A stretch of DNA of 64,000 nucleotides from Spirochaetia bacterium (GCA_965208575.1 CBDBOV010000006.1:768001-832000); one strand, 5' to 3'. Numbered from the stretch's first letter, positions 20,826-31,437 are shown. Numbers and translations: made by a program. The notes: generated from the letters alone by a model not told the origin.

Positions 20826-21836
20826 TTATTGATACCGAACCCTGGGGTCCAAGAACGCATAAATCACGTCGATCATGAGATTGATCGCCAAAACCGCGGT
20901 AGCAAAAATCAGGTTTATCGCGGAGACGACCGGGTAGTCTCTGCCATCGAGCGCATCCACAAACATACGGCCTATCCCCGGCAGAGCGAATATTTGCTCC
21001 AGGATAACGGAGCCACCTACCAGCAGGGGGAGCTGCAGACCGACCAGCGTAACGACCGGGATGAGGGTATTCTTGATGGCGTGCCGCATGACCACTACCC
21101 GCTCCCTGAGGCCCTTCGACCAGGCCGTCCTGATATAGTCCTGCCGGAGCACCTCCAGCATCATGGTGCGCGTCATCCGCATCGTGCTGGCAGCCAGGGC
21201 GGTGCCCAGAATCAGGGCCGGAATCAGGAACATCCCGAGATTCCCCAGCGGGTCTTCGGCGAACGGAATCAGCTCTATCGGCGGCGACCAGCCCCACCAG
21301 ATTGCCGGGTAGAGCATGACCATGACTCCGAGCCAGAAGTTCGGCGTTGCCAAGCCGATGATGGCGGCGGTGCGGCCTACGTAATCGGCGACGGTGTCCT
21401 GGCGGATCGCCGAGTAGACGCCGACGGGCAGGGCTATGACCAGCCCAATTACAATTGACAGAGCACCAAGCTCGATGGTTACCGGCAATCTCCCGATGAT
21501 GATCTCCTCTATCGGAAAAGGAGCGCCAAACAGTGATTCGCCAAAGGTGCCCTGGAGGAGACCTCTGAAGTGGGACTCACCGGTAATCCAGTCAGGGGTC
21601 GGCAGCACTCCTAGCCAGCGTCCATACTGCACGTAGACCGGCACGTCCAGTCCCAGCATACGCTCGAGCGTGTCGCGGTCCAGGTCGGCACCCGCGGCAT
21701 GCCATGCTTCCATCTCAGCCACCATTACGTCTATTACATCGCCGGGGATGAAGCGGACCGCGAGAAAGACGATGATGGTCAATATGAACAGGGTGGGGAT
21801 GATGAGCAACAACCGCCTGATGAGATAGCTTCTCAT
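20826..21836 (-). CDS. ABC permease, DppB-like
   Basis: QDYIRTAWSKGL, RDYPV motifs. Confidence 0.92.
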   Translation of the reverse strand: MRSYLIRRLLLIIPTLFILTIIVFLAVRFIPGDVIDVMVAEMEAWHAAGADLDRDTLERMLGLDVPVYVQYGRWLGVLPTPDWITGESHFRGLLQGTFGESLFGAPFPIEEIIIGRLPVTIELGALSIVIGLVIALPVGVYSAIRQDTVADYVGRTAAIIGLATPNFWLGVMVMLYPAIWWGWSPPIELIPFAEDPLGNLGMFLIPALILGTALAASTMRMTRTMMLEVLRQDYIRTAWSKGLRERVVVMRHAIKNTLIPVVTLVGLQLPLLVGGSVILEQIFALPGIGRMFVDALDGRDYPVVSAINLIFATAVLAINLMIDVIYAFLDPRVRYQ

Positions 21837-21857
21837 GGTGTTGGTACCCCAAGTATG

Positions 21858-21899
21858 GGAGCTGGAAAGCGCGCTCGCAAGCGACCGCCACCCAGCTCC
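21858..21899. terminator. Intercistronic stem-loop after SBP (ggagctgg...ccagctcc)
   Basis: Inverted repeat; homologs at about 12063-12100, 31383-31424 and 50239-50297. Confidence 0.55.
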
Positions 21900-21912
21900 G
21901 CAAGAGTTACTG

Positions 21913-23712
21913 CTAATTCCCCATCGTTGCTTGCTTCAGCTCACTATCAATCCAGAGGCGGGCCAAGAAGGTATTACGTTCACCACGTCCCATACCTGCT
22001 TCACCGAAATAACCCTCGACCCACGGCTGGCTCACGTGGAACTTGGGGGCGTTGGATTTGACCAGACCCCAGTGCTCCCTTATCGTGATCTCATCGACCT
22101 GTCGATGCAAGCTCTTCCACTCCTCCAGGGTGGTGGCAGCTTGCATGGCGGCAAACAGGGCGTCAGTTACCGGGTCGTTCCCCTTCGCCTTGTTCTTTTG
22201 GTGTTGTTGAGTCAGGTAACCGGCGCCGCCGAGTATCCCATATGCCCAATCCCCTAACGCCCACTCGTGCGTGTCCGCGCCATGTATAGCGGAAATCTCA
22301 GCGGCAGTATGGGCAAAAAGCTCGCTGTCAACTCCAATGGCTTCGAAGTACCCCATGACGATTTCACCATACGTCGGATCGTACCGGTCGAAATGGGAGA
22401 TCTTGAGCTTGAATCGATAGCCATCGGCGCCGCGCGGATATCCAGCCGCATCAAGCAACGCTTCCGCGTCATCCGGGTGATACTCATACTCATGCTTGAC
22501 CTCGTCGGGCCACTCTTCATATGGCCAGGAAAACTCCCCTGGGCCATCTTGCTGTACTAACCCATACGGTGCTGGATCTCCCCAACCCTTAAGGAAGGTG
22601 GCGGAAATCGTCTCGCGGTCCACTGCCATCTGCAGTGCCTTGCGCACATCGACGTCGCTAGTGGGTGACAAAGCCCAGTTAAAAAAGTATGCGCCCGCTA
22701 TCCAGCTATAAACGGGCCACACCTCGATTTCAGGGTTGGTCCGCTGGAGGCTCTCCAAATCGTCGATATTGTATATGACAGCGTCGCCGGTGTTACTCAG
22801 CATATCAATCTTTCCCGTGCGCATTGCCGCCAGACGTGCTGACATGTCCGGTATCAGCAAGGACCTCAATTCGTCAATATAGGGTAGGCGGTTTTCCGGG
22901 AATTTTTCGTCGTAACCCCAGTAGTCAGGATTCTTCTCCCAGGTTGCCGAGCTGCCCTCCACGAAATCAGTCAGTCGAAAGGGCCCGGTGCCGACCACGT
23001 TCCGCCAATCCTTGGCGTCGCCGTATTTCTCGATTTGCTCAGGGGCGTGCGCAACCCAGTAGTTGTTGAGCATTTTCCCCAGCCCATCGGGGTGAGACTG
23101 CTTCAGCTTGATCTCAACCGTCCATTGGTCGGTGGCCGTTACCGATTCGAACTGTAGACCGAAGAAGATAACACCCGCACTGGGGCTAGGTCCGTCTTCC
23201 GTGAAATCGCCCAGACCCAAATAGCGGTGATAGTTCCATTCGACGTCATGGGCATCGAACTCCCGACCGTTCACCGGCGCCTTGTCATGCCAGTGAACGC
23301 CCTGGCGGATGTTCCAGATGAACGTTGTGTCGTCGGGCATTGACCAGCTTTCAGCCAGAGCCCCTGTAGTCATCTCCGGGGTCACAATGCGGGAGTCTCT
23401 ACCGCCCCATATATCCCTGGTGAGTCCCCAGTCGGCGAAGGACAGCCCCTCATTGACGCCACTGATCACGTGAGCCGCCCAGCCAGGTTTCCACCAGTTG
23501 TCAATACCGGGAGGAAAGACAACAACGCCCTGCGTGATTGTCCCGCCATACTGTGGCGCGGTCCACGTCATGCCGGTGGCGGGGTCGAACACCGTTTCCT
23601 TCTCGGTAGCCGCCGCCGGCTCCTCTACTGCGGCAGCGGCCCAGAGGCCGGTGGCGGTCAGGACCATGACCAACGCAACCGCGAAGGTCCTGGTGATTGT
23701 TACCATATTCAT
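21913..23712 (-). CDS. ABC substrate-binding protein, family 5
   Basis: 599 aa; family motifs; close paralog of 31438..33249. Confidence 0.92.
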   Translation of the reverse strand: MNMVTITRTFAVALVMVLTATGLWAAAAVEEPAAATEKETVFDPATGMTWTAPQYGGTITQGVVVFPPGIDNWWKPGWAAHVISGVNEGLSFADWGLTRDIWGGRDSRIVTPEMTTGALAESWSMPDDTTFIWNIRQGVHWHDKAPVNGREFDAHDVEWNYHRYLGLGDFTEDGPSPSAGVIFFGLQFESVTATDQWTVEIKLKQSHPDGLGKMLNNYWVAHAPEQIEKYGDAKDWRNVVGTGPFRLTDFVEGSSATWEKNPDYWGYDEKFPENRLPYIDELRSLLIPDMSARLAAMRTGKIDMLSNTGDAVIYNIDDLESLQRTNPEIEVWPVYSWIAGAYFFNWALSPTSDVDVRKALQMAVDRETISATFLKGWGDPAPYGLVQQDGPGEFSWPYEEWPDEVKHEYEYHPDDAEALLDAAGYPRGADGYRFKLKISHFDRYDPTYGEIVMGYFEAIGVDSELFAHTAAEISAIHGADTHEWALGDWAYGILGGAGYLTQQHQKNKAKGNDPVTDALFAAMQAATTLEEWKSLHRQVDEITIREHWGLVKSNAPKFHVSQPWVEGYFGEAGMGRGERNTFLARLWIDSELKQATMGN

Positions 23713-23933
23713 ACGTAACTCCGTATGTTGATTTCTGAGAGTATTGCGTAGCGGCTTGCCGCTCCCCGGCTACTCTCGCGCCCGCAACGCGGGCGGCCGG
23801 CCAGTCCGGGGGGACGCGCCGGCTGCCTCGGTGCCAACCGGCCACGGCGCTGACTGTCATTTCGGCACGATGTGCCCATTTATCGATTGGCCCCAGTGCA
23901 ACGAATGCTCACACGCGCGGGCAAACGTGTCAA
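23713..23933 (-). promoter_or_regulatory. Leader copy C: promoter, C6 tract, P2 and P3 (P1 and micro-ORF absent)
   Basis: P3 23737-23777, P2 23779-23795, G6 on + strand 23808-23813, -10 23905-23910, -35 23928-23933. Confidence 0.7.
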
Positions 23934-23956
23934 CCACCCACCCGTCGCGGCGGCCT

Positions 23957-24644
23957 GCCGCTGGAGGTTGTCGAGGTTTTTGACCAGTGAGCCGCGCCTC
24001 TGCTACTGTGGTTGGCATGGCGGCGTGGAGATTCGCGCATCCAGTGCTACAACGGCCCGGCGGATGAAGACCATTGGATTCGCTTCGAGAACTTCTGCAT
24101 CAAGCGACTAGCGTAACAATGTTGACCGTCGGCTCCCGCAACCTGCCGGAGTGCCCTGAACTGTCGTGAGCGAAGACCTTCACTACGCACCATTGCCGGG
24201 GTCGCGGCGCTCATCAGGGCGCAGCGGCTGTCGCCGGTGGAGCTGACCAGGAGCGTACTGGCCCGCATCGACCGGCTCGACAGCGATCTGCACAGCTACG
24301 CCACGGTGATGGAGGAGCAGGCGCTGTCGAGCACATCGATGTCCTTGCCTGCCCAGCCATGCCCGATCTCCCCTTCCCGGTCACACCGGAAGCGCTGCGC
24401 TCCTCGCCGCCGGTCGTCGACGAGGGCGTCTTTCGGCTGCAGCGGTTCACGGTGCCGTTCGACTACAACGGCGCGCCGACGCTCACGCTGCCGTGCGGAC
24501 TGAGCAGCGAGGGGTTGCCCCTGGCGCTGCAACTGGCCGGCAAACCGCTCGCCGAGCCGCTGCTGTGCCGGCTCGGCGCCGCCTACGAAGCCGCCACCGA
24601 GTGGCACGACCTGCATCCCGGCCGGTAGAAGTGATCGACGTACT
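23957..24644 (+). pseudogene. Multiply deleted copy of the hypothetical plus amidase locus (about 15793-17900)
   Basis: Near-identical blocks of the promoter, 3' end of the hypothetical gene, and amidase 5' and 3' ends joined by deletions. Confidence 0.85.
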
Positions 24645-24721
24645 TGCCATCGCCATTAATCACCTCGTTGGGTCATGTTCCCCGGCATGCGCCCTCGCTC
24701 AACCGACGCGGCGCCGCTGCC

Positions 24722-24810
24722 GGCGAGACGACCGCCGCCACCCCGCAGCCGGTCGATCATGGTCATGTCCATGAAGTGGAACGGCGCCGGCGACCAGGCA
24801 CAGCTCCCTG
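24722..24810 (-). pseudogene. dppC 3'-end remnant
   Basis: ggcgagacgaccgccgccaccccgcagcc and caggcacagc match the dppC end at about 19930-20030. Confidence 0.55.
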
Positions 24811-24913
24811 ATCAGCCGCCGCAGCAGGTCGCGCAGGAACGACTGTGGAGAGGTGGGTCCTGTCTTGACGTACGAGCCGCACGCCATGATGCTGGACGGT
24901 GCCGAGGGGACCC

Positions 24914-26119
24914 GTGGCAGATACTATCCTGAGCCGGCTGGTATTCCAGCGCTTCCGCAGCCTTGCCAAGGAAGAGGTGAAGTTTGATAACCCGACCTTT
25001 CTGATCGGTCAGAACGGCTGTGGCAAGAGCAACTTCAGCGATGCAATTGCCTTCCTTGCGGAGGCGATGGCGTCTCCACTGCAAGCTGTCCTTGAGCATC
25101 GCGGGGGATTTGCTGCGGTCAGTCATCGAGGTTCGGCGAGAGGCCGCTCGAACATGGGGCTCGCCGTCGAGCTTCATGATCCGGGTGCCGACATGAGCGA
25201 GGCTCGGTATGGCATAGAGTTGCGCGCGTCAACCGGTAGTGGGTTCCAGGTCGTACGCGAGCAGTGCGTGGTGACGCGACTGAATGGGTCCATTGCCTCG
25301 TTTGACCGCAGACCGGTCAACGGCTCCGTGGGCTGGAAGAGCAGTGTAAAATCCCTGGACCCCATTGTGGAACCGAATGCGTTGGCGCTTCCTCTGGTCG
25401 GTGGCGACGCGCGCTTTCGGCCGGTTTTCCGTCTTCTATCGGATATGCGGGTGTGTCGGATCGAACCGGCGGCCGTTCGCGCTTTGCAGGACCCGGACGG
25501 CGGCGTACGGCTGCAAGCCGACGGTAGCAACGCCGCCAGCGTGCTCCGGGAGATCCAACGACAATCCGCGACGGATTGGAAACGAATATGCGAACTTCTC
25601 CAATGTGTCGTCCCCGGAACCGTCGGCGTCCAGCTCAAGAGGCACGGCAACAAGCTGACCTTGGCGTTTAGTCAAGAGTGGGGAAAGTCGGCTCCGGTGA
25701 AGTTCGAAGCATTCAACATGTCAGACGGCACGCTTCGTGTGCTGGGCATCCTCGCAGCAATCTTCCAACGGCCGGCTCCCTCCCTTATCGTAATTGAAGA
25801 ACCGGAAGCTACCGTGCATCCGGGCGCCATAGGGACGATTCTCGACGTATTGCGGCACGCGGGACGCTTCATGCAGGTCGTGGTGACGACGCACAGTCCC
25901 GATGTTCTCGATGCCCAGTGGATTGAGGATCGACACCTCCGCATCGCGAGTTGGGAGAGAGGCATTACCCGGGTCAGTACTGTCTCGCCTTCCGTTAGAG
26001 CGGCCCTTCGCGAGCACCTGATGGGTGCAGGTGAGTTGCTTCGTTCGAACGCCATGGCGGCGGCAAAAGAGTCGGATTCCGACAAGAGACGGTTTGAGTT
26101 GTTCGTCAAGGCCATGTGA
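24914..26119 (+). CDS. ABC-type ATPase (AAA_21/AAA_15-like)
   Basis: GQNGCGKSN, signature MSDGT, IEEPE..HP, TTHSP; GTG start after gagggg. Confidence 0.88.
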   Translation: MADTILSRLVFQRFRSLAKEEVKFDNPTFLIGQNGCGKSNFSDAIAFLAEAMASPLQAVLEHRGGFAAVSHRGSARGRSNMGLAVELHDPGADMSEARYGIELRASTGSGFQVVREQCVVTRLNGSIASFDRRPVNGSVGWKSSVKSLDPIVEPNALALPLVGGDARFRPVFRLLSDMRVCRIEPAAVRALQDPDGGVRLQADGSNAASVLREIQRQSATDWKRICELLQCVVPGTVGVQLKRHGNKLTLAFSQEWGKSAPVKFEAFNMSDGTLRVLGILAAIFQRPAPSLIVIEEPEATVHPGAIGTILDVLRHAGRFMQVVVTTHSPDVLDAQWIEDRHLRIASWERGITRVSTVSPSVRAALREHLMGAGELLRSNAMAAAKESDSDKRRFELFVKAM

Positions 26120-26120
26120 G

Positions 26121-26620
26121 ATGCGAATCCAGCCGATCGTGGAGGGGCATGGAGATGTGGCGGCTCTGCCGGTATTGTTGCGCCGTCTGATCAAGGAAGC
26201 CCAAACCTGGAGCGTCGATGTCGGGCGACCGATACGAGTGCCGCGGGGGAAGATCGTGCAGCAGGCTGAAGTGGAGCGTGCGGTCCGACTGGCGCTTCTT
26301 CAACCGGAGTGCGGCGCTGTTCTCATCCTCTTCGACGGAGACAGAGACTGCCCGGCGCGATTGGGGCCGTCCGTACAGACGTGGGCGGCAGCACGAGCGG
26401 GCAACGTGCCGTGCAGTGTCGTTATCGCCCATCGGGAGTACGAGGCGTGGTTTCTGGCTGCAATAGAGTCGCTACGCGGCTATCGCGGTGTCCGGGACGA
26501 TGCGGAAACACATCCGAATCCGGAAGGCCCTCTTTGTGCGAAGGGACAGATGGAAGCACGAATGCACGCGGACGCAAGCTATCTCGAACGTATTGACCAG
26601 CCGGCGCTCAGCGCCCGGGC
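26121..26620 (+). pseudogene. DUF4276-like (TOPRIM-related) protein, 3'-truncated and reading through into remnant DNA
   Basis: MRIQPIVEGHGD...FDGDRDCP...EYEAWFLA...NPEG; after QPALSA the frame enters an antisense dppC remnant (open to 27023). Confidence 0.7.
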
Positions 26621-26750
26621 TCAGTGCGACCGTTCCAGCTTCTGCAGCGCCTTCCGGGCGCGCTCGGCGGCGCGGGCACCTACGCCGCCGGCCACCGAGC
26701 CACCGCCGCCACGCAGCCGCGGGTCGAGCCGGCGCAGCAGGTCGCGCCGA
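26621..26750 (-). pseudogene. dppC 3'-end remnant
   Basis: Encodes ...RDLLRRLDPRLRGGGGS...*. Confidence 0.6.
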
Positions 26751-26796
26751 AACGACTGCCTCTTCGCCCCCTTCGCCGGTGGCGCCTGTGGCGCGA

Positions 26797-27033
26797 GTTC
26801 CAGGTCACCAGGAAGTCGCATCTGTGAAAGGATGCCAGTGCCAAGTGCAGCGCATCACCACCCGGATCGGCGGGCATCACCTTGTGCCGGATGTACGTCT
26901 GCACGATCTCGCCGATGGCCGGCTCAACGGGCACCAGCGGCAGGTCATGAACGAGGACCTGCCGCTGCGCACTGCGCTCCGGTATATCGCCAACCAGTTC
27001 ATCCAGTACGGCCGCGCTGGTGACCAGTTCTCG
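26797..27033 (-). pseudogene. PIN-domain toxin fragment
   Basis: VTSAAVLDEL...DALHLALASFHRCDFLVTWN; no N-terminus or start. Confidence 0.7.
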
Positions 27034-27035
27034 TA

Positions 27036-27445
27036 TCCCGCACCGCATCGCCAAACATGTTCAGGCAGTAAACGGTGAGAGTCAGAGCGAGACCAGGCCA
27101 CAGAGCCAGCCATGGGGCAATTTCCATGAACTGACGCCCTTCCCGCTGAGCATGCCACCCCAGCTCGGAACACTCGGCGGCAGACCGAATCCGAGAAAGC
27201 TCAAGGACGCCTCGCTGATGATCACTCCACCGATGTTGATGGTGAATATGACGATTACGACCGGCATGATATTGGGCAGGACGTGTCGGATGAATGTTCT
27301 CCATTTTGAGGAGCCGACCGACTCCGCCGCATCAAAATACGCATTCTCCTTTATGTCGATAACGGCTCCCGCACGCGGTACCCAGTGGCTTCGTCCGCCA
27401 CATCCTGGTAAGGAAATCAGCGAAGTTGTTGCGGTCTCTATTCAT
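27036..27445 (-). pseudogene. dppC pseudogene with internal deletions and frameshifts
   Basis: MNRDRNNFADFLTRMWRTKPLGT joined to ..ENAYF..HVLPNIMPV..SWGGML..LNMFGDAVRD. Confidence 0.8.
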
Positions 27446-28442
27446 AGCGGACCCTGGGGTCCAAGTATGGATAAACCAGGTCAATCGCCAGATTGATCCC
27501 GATGACCGCGGTGGCGAACAATAGGTTGATTCCGGAAACCACTGGGTAGTCCCTCGCATTGAGGGCAAGCACGAAGACACGACCTATCCCCGGCAGGTTG
27601 AAGATGTTCTCCATGATAACGGAGCCGCCTACCAGGATAGGCATCTGCAGGCCGATCAGCGTAACCACCGGGATGAGGGCATTCTTGACGGCGTGCCTGA
27701 TAACAACTGCCCTCTCCTTGAGTCCTTTTGACCAGGCGGTCCTGATATAGTCTTGCCTGAGCACCTCCAGCATCATGGTGCGCGTCATCCGCATTGTGGC
27801 TGCAGCCATGCCCGTCCCCAGAATCAGGCTGGGAATGATGAACACCCCCAGATTCTCCAGCGGCCCTTCGGTGAAACGAAACCACTCCATCGGTGGTGAC
27901 CAGCCCCACCAGACTACCGGGTAGACCATGACCATGGTTCCGAGCCAGAAGTTAGGCGCTGCCAGGCCGATGATGGCAACGGAGCGCCCCGCGTAGTCGG
28001 CCGCCGTATCCTGGCGAATCGCAGCGTAGATGCCGACTGGCAGCGCGATCACCAGCCCAATCACGATTGCCAGGAAGCCAAGCTCGATGGTTACCGGCAA
28101 TCTACCGACTATCTTCCTCGCTACCGGCAAACGGCCGCTTACCAGCGAGCGCCCGAGGCTGCCCTGAAGGAGACCCGTGAAATGAGACTCACCGGTACGC
28201 CAGTCAGGGGTCGGCAACACTCCTATCCAGCGTCCATACTGCACGTGGACGGGCACGTCCAGTCCCAGCATACGCTCGAGAGGTTCACGGTCCCTGCCGC
28301 CCGCTCTGTACACCGCCGCTTCAGACTCCATTACGTCGATGACATCGCCGGGGATGAAGCGCACCGAGAGGAAGACCAGGATGCTCAATATAAACAAGGT
28401 GGGGATTATCAGCAATAACCGCCTGATGATGTAGGCTCTCAT
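27438..28442 (-). CDS. ABC permease, DppB-like
   Basis: 334 aa intact; standard motifs. Confidence 0.92.
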   Translation of the reverse strand: MRAYIIRRLLLIIPTLFILSILVFLSVRFIPGDVIDVMESEAAVYRAGGRDREPLERMLGLDVPVHVQYGRWIGVLPTPDWRTGESHFTGLLQGSLGRSLVSGRLPVARKIVGRLPVTIELGFLAIVIGLVIALPVGIYAAIRQDTAADYAGRSVAIIGLAAPNFWLGTMVMVYPVVWWGWSPPMEWFRFTEGPLENLGVFIIPSLILGTGMAAATMRMTRTMMLEVLRQDYIRTAWSKGLKERAVVIRHAVKNALIPVVTLIGLQMPILVGGSVIMENIFNLPGIGRVFVLALNARDYPVVSGINLLFATAVIGINLAIDLVYPYLDPRVRYE

Positions 28443-28574
28443 ATCCTTCGTGGTAAAAGGGCGCCGGGAAGCCCGAGGCTCCCGGCGCCCTTCGATGCAG
28501 CCAGAACGAGCGCGAAAACGCTCGTGGACCCCGCCCCTAGGCGCGGTCCCGGCTGCAACGCCGCAGGCGTCGCG

Positions 28575-28730
28575 TCAGAAACCCATTCCTCTCTTCAGAT
28601 CCTGGTCGATCCAGAGGCGAGGAACGACGACTCCAGCGTCTATCGTTTCACCGTTAAAGCCAGTGACCCACGGCTGCGTCACAGTAAATACCAGCGCTCT
28701 ACCAAGCCATAGATGCCAGTGGTTCTCTAC
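28575..28730 (-). pseudogene. SBP C-terminal remnant
   Basis: VENHWHLWLG...QPWVTGFNGE...RLWIDQDLKRGMGF*. Confidence 0.85.
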
Positions 28731-28779
28731 GGGGCGGTCAGCCGGAGCGGTGAGTTTGGTTCAAAAAGGTTGCCCCGCC

Positions 28780-28986
28780 GGGGGGGGGGGCAGGATGCAC
28801 TGGCTGCGTCACAACTAACCGGTCACTGCGCTTACGCCATCCTTGCGCGTCATCGGGGTCACCGGGGTGAGCGAAGGTCACCGGCAACCCGTCACTGCGC
28901 TGACTGTCATCATGACGCTTCATCAGCATCCGTCGCCCCAGGCGAGGCACGCTAGCACGTTAGCATAGGCGCGGCGCGCCTGTCAA
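28780..28986 (-). promoter_or_regulatory. Upstream promoter module copy with C11 tract
   Basis: TTGACA-N18-TAACGT; gtcagcgcagtgac block duplicated internally; gtgacgcagcc.g.gcatc followed by poly-C as at 47755-47793. Confidence 0.6.
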
Positions 28987-29030
28987 CGACTCGGCGGTCA
29001 CCGGGGGGTCACCGGGTGCGATCAGCACGA

Positions 29031-29114
29031 TCAGCCCGCGCCGCCGGCGCAGCGGCGCCCGCCACCCCTGAGCCTCGGGTCCAGCAGGTCCCGCACCGCG
29101 TCGCCGGTCAGGTT
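29031..29114 (-). pseudogene. dppC 3'-end remnant
   Basis: NLTGDAVRDLLDPRLRGGG...*. Confidence 0.7.
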
Positions 29115-29310
29115 GCTCAGTGGGGTTCGGCTCGAAACACCGGAATCCGGCGCTCGGTCTTGTTACCGACGTGCGTCGCCACGATTACCGGCAGCCCGAT
29201 CATTTGTGCTCACGAGCTATGAGGTACGGTCGCACTATGCTTGAATAGACCATTGAGGTCGAATGGACGAATACATGGTACTCGTGTATCGTGTAACCGG
29301 TCAGGCAGAA

Positions 29311-29601
29311 ATGATACAGTCCTTTGCCGATGAGACGACCGCGGATCTGTTTCGTGAGCGCAACACGCGTCAATCGAGACGGATTCCACGAGATGTCTGG
29401 CGCGCCGCGCAACGGAAGCTGAAGGCCTTGGACGTGGCGGCCGGGCTCGACGACCTGCGGACTCCCGCGGGCAATCGACTGGAACGGTTGCGCGGTGCAC
29501 AGCCCGAACGGTACAGCATGAGAGTCAACGATCAGTACCGCCTGACGTTTCGATGGGAGGATGGCCATGCCTACGAGGTCTGCGTCGAAGACTATCACTA
29601 G
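29311..29601 (+). CDS. higB: HigB-like toxin (RelE/ParE superfamily)
   Basis: MIQSFADETT..LF, PAGNRLERLRG, YSMRVNDQYRLTFRW, VEDYH. Confidence 0.9.
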   Translation: MIQSFADETTADLFRERNTRQSRRIPRDVWRAAQRKLKALDVAAGLDDLRTPAGNRLERLRGAQPERYSMRVNDQYRLTFRWEDGHAYEVCVEDYH

Positions 29602-29869
29602 AGACCCGAGTTGGCTCGGGCCGGCGATTTCTCCGGGCGAGATGTTGCTCGAGGAGTTCATCAAGCCACTCGGTCTGCGTCAGAAGGATGCGGCGCGGCA
29701 GCTTGGGATTTCGTTGAATCGGCTGAACGAAGTGGTGCGCGGCCGGCGGCGCATCACCGCGGACACGGCGATAAGATTGTCGAGCCTGTTGCAAACCTCT
29801 CCGCAGTTCTGGATGCGGCTGCAGGCGGACTGGGACCTGCACCAAGCCCTGGAGCGCACCGCGTCGTAG
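29561..29869 (+). CDS. higA: HigA antitoxin (HTH)
   Basis: SPGEMLLEEFIKPLG..., RRITADTAIRL, PQFWMRLQADWDL. Confidence 0.9.
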   Translation: MAMPTRSASKTITRDPSWLGPAISPGEMLLEEFIKPLGLRQKDAARQLGISLNRLNEVVRGRRRITADTAIRLSSLLQTSPQFWMRLQADWDLHQALERTAS

Positions 29870-30100
29870 CCTGCGGGGACACGAAGTGAGGCTGGCCGAC
29901 ATCCGCCTGGTGGTCGATCATCCGCGCATCGTGGCCGCGGTCAGCGAGCTGCTGGCGGACGAGGTGTGCCTGTCGGCGTTCGACCGTCATACTTGAGTGA
30001 AGCGGACCGCGCTGCTGCGTCACCTCCGTCGCCACGGTTGCTGCCTGAAGCGTGAGGGCAGGTCCCACTCGCTGTGGGGAGAATCCGCTGACCGAGGAGC

Positions 30101-30838
30101 TTAAACCGATCTGGCGGCATCGGCGCCGAGACGACCGCCGCCACCGCGCAGCCGCGGGTCGAGCAGGTCTCTGAGGGCGTCACCCAACATGTTGAAACTG
30201 TACACCACGGTCGTCAGGCACAGCCCCGGCCAGAGCGCCAGCCAGGGGGCCTGCTCCATGTACTTGCGCCCTTCCCGGCTGAGCATGCCGCCCCAGTCAG
30301 GAATGCCCGGTGGCAGACCGTAGCCGAGGAAGCCCAGAGCAGCCAACGACATGATCACCCCACCGATGTTGATCGAGAACACAATGATGACCGGTGCCAT
30401 GATGTTGGGCAGGACATGGCGGCTCAGGATCTTGCTGGTGGGGGTGCCCACGGCCTGGGCCGCCAGAAAATAGTCGTTCTCCTTGATACCGATCACCGCG
30501 CTTCTCATGACCCTCGAGCCGCTGATGCCTCCGGCGATCCCCAGGACCACGATGATCTGGGGGAGACCCCTTCCCACAATGGACATGATGGTGAGCAAGA
30601 GCAGCAATCCCGGAAACGCCATCCAGGCATCGACAAAGCGCTGCACCGCCAGATCCAATCTACCCCCAAGGAATCCGGAAGTGCCGCCGACCAGGACAGC
30701 GACGACGATATTCAGCGCAGTCGCGGCCACACCGACGAGGACGGAGATACGAGCCCCGAAGATCAGCCGGCTGAGCAAGTCTCGTCCCGCCTGGTCGGTA
30801 CCCAGAAGATACTGCGACGACGGACCTGCAAGCCTGTC
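30101..30838 (-). pseudogene. dppC, 5'-truncated duplicate of 19917..20822
   Basis: Near-identical DNA; deletion junction at about 30838. Confidence 0.85.
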
Positions 30839-31369
30839 TATAGTCCTGCCGGAGCACCTCCAGCATCATGGTGCGCGTCATCCGCATCGTGCTGGCAGCA
30901 AGGGCGGTGCCCAGAATCAGGGCCGGAATCAGAAACATCCCGAGATTCCCCAGCGGGTCTTCGGCGAACGGAATCAGCTCTATCGGCGGCGACCAGCCCC
31001 ACCAGATTGCGGGGTAGAGCATGACCATGACTCCGAGCCAGAAGTTCGGCGTTGCCAAGCCGATGATGGCGGCGGTGCGCCCTACGTAATCGGCGACGGT
31101 GTCCTGGCGGATCGCCGAGTAGACGCCGACGGGCAGGGCTATGACCAGCCCGATTACGATTGCCAGGGCACCAAGCTCGATGGTTACCGGCAATCTCCCG
31201 ATGATGATCTCCTCTATCGGAAAAGGAGCGCCAAACAGTGATTCGCCAAAGGTGCCCTGGAGGAAACCTCTGAAGTGGGACTCACCGGTAATCCAGTCAG
31301 GGGTCGGCAACACTCCTAGCCAGCGTCCATACTGCACGTAGACCGGCACGTCCAGTCCCAGCATACGCT
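30839..31369 (-). pseudogene. dppB internal fragment (duplicate of 20826..21836)
   Basis: Both ends deleted; near-identical DNA. Confidence 0.85.
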
Positions 31370-31437
31370 TACCCCAAGTATGGGAGCTGGGAAGCGCGCT
31401 CGCAAGCGCCCGCCACCCAGCTCCGCAAGAGTTACTG

